Positions 36,797 through 48,394 of a stretch of DNA of 64,000 bases are shown here, in pieces. The position numbers and the translations under genes were made by a program. How positions within the stretch are numbered: the first letter of the stretch is position 1; each line of letters opens with the position of its first letter. The notes beneath the pieces are model-generated. The model saw only the letters and a program-made list of their open reading frames with translations, was not told the DNA's origin and did not search any database. The stretch comes from Anthoceros angustus (taxonomy: Eukaryota; Plantae; Anthocerotophyta). The DNA lies in assembly GCA_010909165.1 (NCBI GenBank), contig MU008159.1, positions 1,116,001 through 1,180,000 of the forward strand, in the 5' to 3' direction.

Positions 36797-39137
36797 CTAG
36801 AATCTTAACCACTTCTTTTCTTTCTCCTTGCTATGGAGACTATGTGCGGCAGTGGCAAGGGCTGCTTCAGCTTCCGACACAGCTCTCCGAGCTTCCTCCA
36901 GTTTCCGTAGCACAGCCTCATACACAACCTTTTCTTTCCTGTTTCGCTGCGCCATCTCCTCCAGCTTGCTCACTTTGGTCCTCAGTTCGTTCAACTCTTC
37001 CTCCTGGAGGACAAGTGAAGGGCGACCCACTCTCACCTTCTTGGAAGCGGAACCTGACTCGGGCATGTCTTTTGAGGTCGCTTCTACCTTCCGTTGTTTC
37101 CCAGCTAGCTGATTATTGATGAAGCCAAAGACATCGGGTCTTCTATCCTCCTCCCCTTTGCCGGCTAGAGCTGCAGCTGCCCACTTCTTATCCCGTTTCC
37201 TTTTCCCACCCCTGGATTTTTTCTTTTTCACCAAGCTCTCGGTCTCCTTCCCGGTTACTCCAGAATCGCGTGCAAAGTCAAGGGACTGATGACGAGGGAG
37301 AACCTTTGCTTGCACCGGATCCACAATACCTTGTCCATTCCTACCAAGCCCCATACCTTCCCGGTATCCCATACCGGCCATTAACTTTGAGGCCACTCCC
37401 CTTGTGTGCTTCTCCCACCTTGCAAAAGTGACTGTCTCTGTCTGAGGTCCAGTGGGCAGAGCTCCCAAGTTGAAGGTGGCATGCACAGCATCCATGTGAG
37501 ATATTTGATGCTCACTGACATCATCCTCCGACTCACTGTCCAAACTATCACTCTCCTCATCACTTACAGCATGTTCTGACAGTGCCAGTGTTTCCAAGCC
37601 CACATCCACCCGCTGTCCATTACTGATGAAAACCACACGACCATACTTAAGTTTTGAGTCCCAGGCTTCCAGCTCCGCAGGTCTCCAAAGACCCGATGAA
37701 CTGTCATCCGAGTTGGCACATGCTAGAACTGTGGAACCCAGTGGGACACTGTCCAAGTCTGGCGAAATGAACTGCCGCAATGCAGAAAGGGGGATCTCCA
37801 ACCCTGACATGAGAAAAGAAATACAAAATGATCAGTGATGCTTGCCAGGAAACATACCTCAAAAAAGACTTGAGACGTGGCATGGTGAGAAAGAGCACAT
37901 ACCATGTGACAGCCGACAGGTACCACCAAACCGACAGCGCTGCTGCAGGTAGAATCTGCAGATCTGCACTTGTGCCGATCCATGTTAGTTTCCGTCCACC
38001 GTCCCCAACAACATTGAAGTCCACCAATCATGCATACAATATTGGCGCAATGCCCATTCCAGATTGATGTGCAAGGCAGAATATGCCTAGGTCATAATCC
38101 ACCAGCTGAGAAAAAACCTCCCTCTGTCCATATCTGAATCACCAATCACCAGTTTCAAACTGGGTCGTTCAGCACAGTCTTATGACTTAAGATCAGCAGG
38201 TACAAAACTCCCCCACCACCAAGAGACAGACCACGACCACACAGTCTTCGCTGTAATAACAGCTAGGACCAACCCACTCCTCAGTTTGAGTAGAGAGCTT
38301 TGGGCTTCGTCCTTAAACCAGTATTGACACAACAAGCACACACTGACATGACACCAAGACTGCTCAGACACATCCCAATTCCTGTAGCTACAGAAAAGCC
38401 AGCTGAAATCAAATATCCGCCTGAGGTACACAAGGCTTGGGACCTTGCCTATGAAAGACTCCCAAGAACCCATCACAGATAGGAAAGGGATCAGTGTGAA
38501 AACCTGCATCTTCTCAGCTGTTGGGGTCAGAAACGATACTTTGGCAATTCCCTGCTCGATTACACCTATCACCTTTCCGTTATACCAGCGTCCGTCTGTG
38601 TGTCGAAACCGACACTTTGATCCGGCTAAGTAGGTCAGCCCTTCAGGCTGGTGCACGCCCTCGCCATCCGAATCGCTTCTTGTAACAACTTTGTCTCCAG
38701 AAAGATCATCGCCATCAGGCGACGAGTCCACAGCACTTGGATGAGCTTGCGGCTCAACCACGTGCAACACACGGGTCTGTCTCAAATGATGCAGGCTTTC
38801 TTCTGCAGCTGTAATTGCTGCGAAAAGCTCCCCCCGGATCTGTGCACAGGCTGACTGCAATCTCAGAATCCGCAAAGGCGTGCTCTTTCTTGAAGTGGCA
38901 TCAAGCCATGGCACCCTGCTGAAGTTTCAGCCAATCTTCTCTCCCGTGCATGTCACCAGGATGGTCTTCACAGCAGGGCATATTAAACATTCGATGGCAA
39001 GTCACCAGAGCATAGATTACCTGTAGCAGCTCCTCATTGTTCTGATCGCTGGCCAGGGCAGCATCCACGTCATCTAAAGACGATCTCTGCTCTGACAGAT
39101 GCTCCTGAAGCTCCTGTTCCAAAGCTAGTTCCGCCAT
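36797..39137 (-). CDS. Zinc finger CCCH and G-patch domain protein (ZGPAT-like; plant C3H18/C3H22 type), 4 exons
   Basis: Exons are approximately 39137-39021, 38839-38504, 37963-37903 and 37804-36797. Tudor-like [42 protein letters not shown]-patch [26 protein letters not shown]-terminal [10 protein letters not shown]. Confidence 0.93.
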
Positions 39138-40277
39138 CCCTCCACCAAGCGTACTGCCGACTCCAATTCTTACACCAACTTTACCCGATCCAACAATTGC
39201 GAACTCCCCCAAAATCAATCTATGAAATTCCTCCTGGTTCACGATCCCTCCTGTACTGTAGGTCGATTCCCAGACGATTCCCGTACCGCAGGTTGCGGCA
39301 AACAACAGCGCACATGGAAATCCGCAGACCGGACAGACCAAACCCTAAACTACTAATTACAACGGACCGGCTTTTGCATAGCAGGGAACAAACAAACAGG
39401 AGCACTGGCAAGTTCCGTTTAGGGCAGGAGGAGCCAGGGGGGGAACCTGCTGTTTTTTAATCATTGTCCTTGAGTTACAGTAATAAGCACTGCCTAGACT
39501 AGTGTGTAGTGGAAGAACTCTTGCTGCACAGGGTTCCCACCAACTGGGATGTACTTGTGTACCCGGATGTTTCCCACATGCAGAGCAGGAGTCTGCTGGC
39601 TCAACTGATTTGTGCAGCTCTTAAACCCAAGCCGATTAAGTACTGTCCTCTTTGCTGAAGAAGCATCACGGCAATGTGATGCCCTGGCCATTCAGTGTAA
39701 CACAGATCACCAGTGGTGCATGTGCTCCCAGAATTTTGACCATTTCTAGGCAAGGAGCCAGTGTCCGGCTCCGTTACACATGCCTTCCAGTTTGTGGGCG
39801 GCATCCGAGGGAGTCTGAATATGGTCCGAGTTTGGGTGGAGTGCGGGACGGACAGTCACGGGGCAGTGGTAGACGGAAGTCCCCAACTGCCTCCACTTCA
39901 CACTTGGCTGCAAAACGCTTGCTTCTCCAAAGTGGGGTACTAAGATCGCTGTCCACCATGCCCGATGGTGGTGTCTGTGGAGACGTCTCTTGGGTTCAGT
40001 CCCTAGTGCTGCACGGTCCAGGCCACCTGGCGAAGCTGACATGTCCCTAGACACCTTCCTGCTCGACCTGGATGCTATAAGAGGTGCGAGATTGCAAGCT
40101 AAAAGGCAGAGTCTCAATTAGATTCTTCCTCAGCAGCTTGCATAGTATCTGGAGTTGCTTGACAGCATCCATGGCCTGATCCGAGTTTGCTGTGAATTTC
40201 CCTCGCCCTGCATTGTGCATTCCCAGTCAGGCTAGCTGTTGTTTGGTGTTGCATCATTTGAAGCTTGTGGGTTGAGA

Positions 40278-41078
40278 ATGAAGTGCTTCGGTATGAAGGG
40301 TGGTGTGAAACTGCTGCTCATTGCATGTCTGCTGGGCATTGCATGGGCCTCGGTGGTCTGTGCCTCCTACGAGGAGGCAGCAACCAAGGCTGCAAAGTCG
40401 ACTGCGGCAGGGTCACTGAAAGTGGTTCGTGAGCTGAGCGCAGAGGAGGGATCGCAGAAATGGAGCTACGACTACAAGTCTCCTCCTCCTCCTCACTACA
40501 ATCACAGGAAGCTGTCCCCTCCCTACTACTGGCGGGGCTCTTCCCCCCCATACTATGGCGGGCATGGCGACCATCATGATCACGGCGATCACGGTTACAA
40601 CAAGAACCACCACAAGGAGCATGACCACAACAGCGAGCACGGACATGATCACAACAAGGAGCACGATCATCACAACTACGACCATGATCACAACAAGGGG
40701 CATGATCACAACAAGGAACACGACCACAACAAGGAGCACGATCACAACAAGGAGCATGATCACAGCAGCTACGGCCATGCCCACAACAAGGGGCACGATC
40801 ACAACAAGGAACACGACCACAACAAGGAGCACGACCACAAGAAAGAGCATGATCACAACAAGGAGCACAATCACGAGAAGGAACATCACCACAAGGGGCA
40901 CCCTTACTACAAGTCTCCTCCGAACTACCATTACAAGTCTCCTCCGACCTACCACTACAAATCGCCTCCGACCTACCACTACAAATCTCCTCCAACTTAC
41001 CACTATCAATCTCCTCCAGCCTACCACTACTCATCCCCGCCGCCCCCTCGGTCCTACTACGACTCTCCTCCATACTAA
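40278..41078 (+). CDS. Secreted histidine-rich extensin-like cell-wall protein
   Basis: Signal peptide (KLLLIACLLGIAWASVVCAS), YKSPPPP, a ~115-aa His-rich (DHNKEH)n domain and a C-terminal (YHYKSPP)n/SPPPP region. TATAA at ~40076. Probable 3' UTR intron at 41091-41200. Confidence 0.88.
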   Translation: MKCFGMKGGVKLLLIACLLGIAWASVVCASYEEAATKAAKSTAAGSLKVVRELSAEEGSQKWSYDYKSPPPPHYNHRKLSPPYYWRGSSPPYYGGHGDHHDHGDHGYNKNHHKEHDHNSEHGHDHNKEHDHHNYDHDHNKGHDHNKEHDHNKEHDHNKEHDHSSYGHAHNKGHDHNKEHDHNKEHDHKKEHDHNKEHNHEKEHHHKGHPYYKSPPNYHYKSPPTYHYKSPPTYHYKSPPTYHYQSPPAYHYSSPPPPRSYYDSPPY

Positions 41079-42188
41079 GTCTCCATTCAGGTACCTCTAA
41101 GAGCTGTTCACAAATTCAAATTGTCACAAGACAGTTCCCTTGGCATTTCTGAACTTCATCGAGTTGCTGTCTGAAGCATGCAATTATTTTCTCCATGCAG
41201 GACCTCAAACAGCTGGAGCGGAGGTCTCAGGGGGGCTGGATGTCCAATAATGCATCAAGAACAACAAGTCCGCTGTGTGCGTGGAGTCCAATAAGTTCCA
41301 GGATTTTAGTATTACCCATACGCGTGGCAACGGAGCCAACGCCTTCTTCACATTGTGCTCCTGTGCAGATACTAGTACCAAATAATGCAGGCGCGGAGTC
41401 TTATGGGAGGCAACTCACACACATGGTATTCAGCAGCGTCGTGTGTGAGTTGGTAGACTGGTCATGAGTGGTTTGTTTTAGCAGATATCAGAGCACTCTG
41501 TGGAGAGCTGTAAACCTCTGTATGTGTTATCTACTCTAAATGTCAAGCTTTCTTTGTTGAAAAGGCAAGCGCCACCTTTGAATTGCTCAAAACGTGACAC
41601 TTCCCCTGACTCAGTAGAGGCATGGCTGGGGACTGGTCTGATGGGCTTACGTGACGCCTTACAAACGATCCCGCGAGAATTCCTTTATTGCAATCTTGCC
41701 ACCAAAGGGCAAGAATGATGTTGGACTCCACTCTTGGCCCCAACAAGACGTACAAAGTTCCAGAGAGTAGTGTAGACTACCATAAGAGCGATCAGGAGCG
41801 CTGCTGCTCCTGAAAACGCCAATCCGTCTCCTGAAGGCTACTAGTATTTAGTACTCAGAGCTCTTCAAAGTTCAAAATACATAGATCAAATAAGACTAGG
41901 TAGGATGTCTGCATCCGCATGAGAGTTTATTGTCCAGGGATGACGTTGGTCCCTGATCCTGATCCTGATCCTGATCCTCCTCCGCCTGCAAGGCCGTTTC
42001 TGAGGCGGATCGGGCTGTCCATCTTTCATATCGTATCTGCAGGGAAATTCCACTAAACATTCGCATCAGCGCGAACTCGCATCCGAAGCCATCAGGCGGG
42101 AGACGATCGTGCCCGAGGCCTGTACCTTGCCTGTAGTCGTCGGACGCTCCTTCAATTCGGATTTCGACATTCATAAATTGGGGGAGCT

Positions 42189-43155
42189 TCAGTACCCGGG
42201 AGGAGTGTAATACTGGTAAGGAGGTGTCTTGTAAACCGGGGACTTGTAGACGGGAGACTTGTAGACCGGGGACTTGTAAACGGGGGACTTGTAAACGGGG
42301 GACTTGTAAACGGGGGACTTGTAAACGGGGGACTTGTAAACGGGGGACTTGTAAACGGGGGACTTGTAAACGGGGGACTTGTGAACCGGGGACTTGTAAA
42401 CGGGGGACTTGTGAACAGGGGACTTGTAAATCGGGGACTTGTAGACCGGGGACTTGTAGATCGGGGACTTGTATACGGGGGACTTGTATACGGGGGACTT
42501 GTATACAGGGGACTTGTAGATCGGGGACTTGTAAACCGGAGACTCGTAGACGGGAGGGGGCGGCGACCGATACACGGGAGGCGGTGGGGACTCGTAGACG
42601 GAGGCGGGGGACGCATACACGGAGGGGAGGCGGCGACGCACACACGGGAGGCGGTGAGGACTCGTAGACGACAGGAGGCGGGGGACGCATACACGGGAGG
42701 GTGGCGACTCATACACGGGCGGGGCGGCGACTCATACACAGGAGGGGCGAGGCGACTCATACACGGGCGGGGGCGACGCATACACGGAGGGGAGGCGACT
42801 CATACACACGGGAGGGTGGCGACTCATACACGGGCGGGGCGGCGGCTCACACGGGCGGGGCGGCGACTCATACACGGGCGGGGCGGCGACTCATACACGG
42901 GAGGAGGGAAGAGTAGGAGTATGTATCGGGAGGAGGGGACTCATCGTAGAAGGGGAAGGGAGGGAACTCCCAGCCGGGGAATTTCTTGGAGCCGAACTGT
43001 TGCTGATCAGGGCTTGCGAGAACCCGCCTGCCAGGCAGCTGCCGGGCTTGGCTGCCAGGCGCGGTGGACAGAGCTGCAGCCAGGAGGGCCGCGCACAGCA
43101 TCAGCCTCCATCTGCCGGACGCGGGCTCGGAAGGCCTTGGTGCGCGCATCTCCAT
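42189..43155 (-). CDS. Extensin/proline-rich cell-wall protein with YESPPPPV and (YKSPV)n repeats; frameshifted in this sequence
   Basis: Signal peptide (WRLMLCAALLAAALSTAPGSQA), RRVL, YDESPPP and YESPPPPVY repeats, and about 20 YKSPV/I pentapeptides from a 15-bp repeat. The frame shifts several times in C-runs at ~42600-42910. Probable 3' UTR intron at 42125-42037. Confidence 0.8.
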
Positions 43156-44205
43156 GAGCTCAGGCAGGCAGGCAGGTGGTAGTCGTTTCAAGAGCGAATG
43201 CCGAATTGGCTCAGGGGAGCTCATATAGGGATGGATGCTGAGGAGCGGCCACCTCCAATTCTGCCTGCTCCTCTGCTTGCGTAACGGCTTTGTACCTTTT
43301 CCCCTGCCTTGCCTCCGCTGGCGCTGCGCATGGCCAGTAGGTGATGGCAGCCTGCGAGCCGTGATCCGCAGTAAATGCGGGGTAAGCAGGATTGCTGTTG
43401 AGCTTTGCGATTTGGAGAGTGTCATCGCTGGACTGTCATGATGGAGAGGGGCTGGAGAGGGGCCTTTGTGACATTTAGGTCGGAGATTGGGGGTAAGCAG
43501 GCTCTGCCGGGATTGCTTGAGGAAGGTCGGCGGAGGTGGAGAGGACAAGGCTACTGCCACCAGCTCCATTATTCTTCACATGGTGCCTCAAATGCTTGCG
43601 GGAAGTGTGAGTACAGGTACCGGATGTAGGCCAGCCAACAGACTCACGCTCGGGTCCACTTTGACCACAGAAGCCAGGCCTTCAGGGAAAAAGCTGCAAT
43701 GCTGCATTGAATTCATGCCGGCGGCAAGCACCTGGAGAATGTACATACGTATGTGTGAGTGGCACGGTTTGCACAGCTGTGGGAACGGGGGGGCCTCTTC
43801 TCAATGAATGCAGTTGGTGTGCTGTCCTTCAGGAGAGGAATGGTCATCTGCTGCGTCCATTGATTGTGGCAGAAATAAGGGAAATTGTTGTCCGTGAATG
43901 TGCTGCCTCTCTCACTACTTTACCGGCTGATTGGCGGGAAGGTCAAGGAGAACCTGCTGGATAATTCAGAGTCCCGAAGAGCACCGCTGCGGAATCCAAG
44001 GTGTTGAACAGTCTGCTTATGGTTTCCAGTTGGCAGCACACGTGTTTACCCCGCTGCCGTTTACGTGTAAACAACGGTCAGACGATGCCCGCCTGACACC
44101 AATTTATTTTCCCGAGTTTCATGGCTTAAAACTGTCGAGATCCGTCACAACGTCGGCTGCGTTTTGGGCATTTCTTCGGCAAACGCATCTCTCGGATTCC
44201 CCCCA

Positions 44206-45984
44206 TCATCGCCCTGCCATGTCGTTCTGGAACACCTCCGAAGGGCAGGTGGAAGATGGGGTGCTGTCATCGGTTGTTGATGCTGTATCCACCTGTGGGG
44301 TGGAAGGTACGTATCTACCATTGCCATTCTCGATTTCTATGGCCAAGTTGATCTCCTGCAAAACCACGATCATGGTAGGCCTGTGTATGCTGCTCATGGC
44401 CACACAGCGTCTCGCAAGATCTGCCAGCGTCCACACGGACTCCACATTGTAATCCCCATCCAGTGCCGGATCAACCACAGCTTCAATTGTTCCACTTTGC
44501 ATCGCAGTTTGCACCTGTCAACACACCCAAAGGGACAACCCTTGAAGGCTCTCTCTTTCAAGTTGCACATAATTTGCACTACAAGCGGGCGACCGATCCG
44601 TTGCCTCTTACCCAGTCTACAAGAGGTTTTTGCTTCAAAGACGAGGGGATGGGTGGCCTGCCGCAAATCAGCTCCATAAACAGAACTCCAAAACTGTAAA
44701 CATCGCTATACTCTGTCAACTGGCGGGTCGTATAGTACCTGGAACGACAACAGAGCGGGCTTTGAGCGTACGATGTGCAAGGGATTCGATTGCTCTTAAG
44801 CACCAGCAGCTAACAAGTCAGATGGCTTACTCAGGATCAAGATAACCCCTAGTTCCTTTCACTGTGGTGGTGACATGAGTGCAACCATCATCGGGTGTCA
44901 GCTTCGAGAGCCCGAAATCAGCCACCTTTGCTTCCAGGTTCCTGCTGAGAAGGATGTTACTGGTCTTGATGTCTCTGTGGATAATACTGGGCTTGATTTG
45001 GCTGTGAAGATAGACCACCCCTGCTCACACAAACACGACCATCAGCCACGCACAACAAACTAAAAGACGGTTCAGTCCGCAGAACAGGTGTCGAGATTAC
45101 CTTGTGCCGATTCTTTGGCTAATCTCAATCTGTCCTTCCACGAAAGCGGGTACCTGGAAGCATCAGCAGAACCTGCGCAGGCGCATGGCAACAATGATGG
45201 AGATCTCCGCACACCGACCGAGCACATCTCCAAAACAGCAAGCCATTCCTGTACTAAAACTTTCAGCAAAATGGCGACAAACAAGCATACCATAAAGCCG
45301 GTTCCTCAAATCCCCTCCTGCCATGAATTCGTAGACAAGTATCTGCAGATTCTCATGTTGGCAGTAACCCACCAGCTGAACAAGGTTCTTGTGGTGCACC
45401 GTGGAGAGCAGCTCGACCTGAAGTTTGGAAAATTAGGCGAGTGTCGGTCAGGCTCCAGACGCACATCACCGTCTTCATTTAAAGAAACCTGAAAGCAAAC
45501 TTGCCTCATTGATGAACTCCTTCTCTCCTTGATCTTTATTGCCCGAAGAGACTTTGACCGCCACCTCCTGATTATTGCTCAGCCTCCCGAAGTAGACCGC
45601 TCCGAAACTACCTTCTCCGATCTTATGGTTGAAGTTATTGGTGGCCTTGGTAAGAGCCTCGTAAGTGAAGCAGTGGCTACTTGTATGCAGGACTGTCACG
45701 GGGCAACACAGTTGCTGGAGAAGAGAATTCACAACCCAATTCTGGCAATCGCACAAGTGCCACCCGAAACCGAAACACAGAAGCAAAGAGCGGTCCTAAT
45801 CTAAACAGGCCCAACCTGGATAGGCTACGATGGCGGCTTCTGCTAGAAGGCCTTCCTCAAACGCGATGGCCCGCTTGTTCCGCGTCCAGCACCAAAACAA
45901 AACACACCCCGCCACAACCACCAGCAGCACCAGCAACGCAGCCGCAATTCCCACCACAATCCCAGCGTTCGCACCAGACGCCAT
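44206..45984 (-). CDS. LRR-I-type receptor kinase lacking an ectodomain (TM + kinase only), multi-exon
   Basis: [35 protein letters not shown] directly after the ATG. Kinase motifs [55 protein letters not shown] and SDVYSFGV. It ends in AGR*. One GC-AG intron at 45504-45418. Confidence 0.88.
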
Positions 45985-46267
45985 CACCTCCCGCAGTCCA
46001 TAAATAGAAACCGGTGAATCCGACGCCCAGCAAGCACGGATCTCCACTCCTTGCACAATGCGCTGCTCTCCTGTCTTTCCCCGTGGGGCTCAAGGCGTGA
46101 TTTGGGCGAGTCGGAGGAATTTTGGAGCTTGTGCAGCCTGTCTCCGTGGGAGCGGGACAGCATGTGGAGCCTGTGGCGCCTGTGGAATAACAGAACAAGA
46201 CAGGAAAACAGTTGGGAGCATTCAGGGCGTACAATTTGAAAGATCTTTGCAGAATAATGTAGACCCT

Positions 46268-46335
46268 GACCTGCCCCTGCCCCTGCCCTCTCCCTCTCCC
46301 TCGCCCTCGCCCTCGCACTCGCACTCGCACTCGCT
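46268..46335. repeat. Compound hexamer microsatellite (CTGCCC/CTCTCC/CTCGCC/CTCGCA)
   Basis: A run of graded 6-bp units upstream of the minus-strand kinase. Confidence 0.8.
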
Positions 46336-48394
46336 CTGCGCTGGCTCTGCTGCTGCTTTTGCAAGTTGCAACTTGCAGGGGAGAGGCAGCGCATCCGTCA
46401 GCCCCCGTCCTTTTGGCGTTGATTATCGCCCTCCAGCTGGAAACATGATCCTGCAAAGCCGGAGCTGCAGTCACGGTGAACCTTGCCAGGTGAGAGAGAG
46501 CGACAGAGAGAGACCAGGACTCGGCCTGTCACGATGATGTCTCCTCAGAAGCATCCAGCCCAAACCCAACTTCCAAGGGCACGCTACAGTCCGGCCCCTG
46601 ATCAGCGTGGGTCCTGCGTTCCTGCCAGGGACCGGACGGCATCACCTTTCACCTTCATCGCTCTGTCATTCCAGCTTTCACCCTGGGCCTCGTCATCTCC
46701 GTTCACAGTCCCACTTTACATCTTGGTTCCGTCCACACGTTTTCTCTCTCTCCCTGGGCCGTCACTTTGTGCTCTTAGGGCCGGAGCCCCAGCTTACAGT
46801 GCTCCTTGGCAAACAGTTTGCAGCAACGGAAGCGGAGACTTCCTGCAAGGTGGACGCTTCCAGCAAAGTGGATGCAGTCGTCCATCACTTCACTGCAGTT
46901 GCTTCCAGCAGGATGAAAAAACGCTGCATGCCACATGCTTCCTCGTGCATTTTCCTGATGACTAAAGTCTTTTGTGCACATATGTTCTCATGTCGGATCT
47001 CGGCGAGGTCTGCCGACGGCGTTGGCATCCTTGACGAACAGCCTACATGACTATCCACTTGGACCCTGTGTCGTGAGCTATAGAAGAAGAAGCAGCCTTC
47101 CAATTTCCATGATTGGAGATCATGCATGTCCTCTCCTTCCCATCTGACACTGCACCGACGTCACCCTGAAGATCCTGCAGATAAAAAGTGGACGGCCTTG
47201 TGTTGACCGCGCTGAGGCCTCCTGCCCCGCGTACACACGCAAGCATGCCGGCCAGATGAGCGGGGATTCGATCCCGCGACCGTCTTCGTCACCCTCACCC
47301 AGTACGGCGAGCCCTACTGGCCCCAACTTCTGGATGCAGCCGCTGCACGCTGACTTGGGAACAGCGAGCTCCGAAGGAGCCTCGACATCTCTCGCACCAA
47401 TGTTTGATGCGGGTAGTGCTCTCCAGGCTGCAATGCAGCAACCCTAACACGTGCCTCGAGAAGACATGGACGCAAGTGCACTCCTCGCCCAAGCTTGCAT
47501 ACAACCTCCAAGAGCAGCAGCCAAGCCACCGGCTGCTCAGTGCTGCTTACACAGCTCCTCACGCTGTTTGCACCGATGATGTGGGCCTCCAGAAACCTCG
47601 CTTCAGGGATGTCCGCACGCAGGCAGCTGCTTGCAAGTTGCGGGAAACTGCAAACCTCCTCGGCATGACGGCTGCAGATCGGCTTGCCAGGCTCTTGAAG
47701 GAGTCGGACACAACTGATCCTGGGACTTGTCGGTGGACGGTGAAAAGGCATAAGGCAAGCAGGAACCATGTGGAAAGCCTGCGGGATCAGTTTTGTGCAA
47801 AGCCTGCAATGCGTTCCCCGATTTGCCATGAAAGGCATGCAGCAATCTTGATGAGACCGCGGGCAAGTGGTGGGTGAGTGAGCGAGAGAGCATCCCGTGA
47901 GTGGAGCGGTTGCAGCAATTCCTCCAGGCTCAGGCGCACCATGTGCGCCGAGCCTCTCGGTGCAAACGGACGCTCATGGGCGATCCGCCGTGGAGACGAC
48001 TCCCGTCATGTGAGACATCATCTCAGTATGCGGGTTCACATCATCTCACATTGGCCATAAGCCTCGTCCTCCCGCAAAAGCGTACCGGTAGACAAACACC
48101 AAGCTTGAGGGTCCAGCCACGTACAGGACCACTGTGGGTTCTTTCACTTGACCATCGCCGATAATCAGTTACAGCCATGTCTGGACGCCCGTGATTCTGC
48201 AGGTAACACATCGGAGTTTCCGTCAATCTCCGTGGAGGAGGGATGATCAAATCTTCCACTGATCCAGCTCGTTGCTCGCTCGAAGCTCAGGTGAAGCAAT
48301 TCCTTTCAACAGCAGATGGATTCATGACGTCCCTGGCCACCAAGAATGCACATTGGAGCTGGGGACGTGGTGTGACTGGCTTTGCGGGGGCATT

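Noticed and set aside
47256-47877. Overlapping 63-aa and 157-aa ORFs between the divergent kinases
   Set aside because: No recognisable motif or convincing splice structure, and consistent with GC-rich intergenic DNA.
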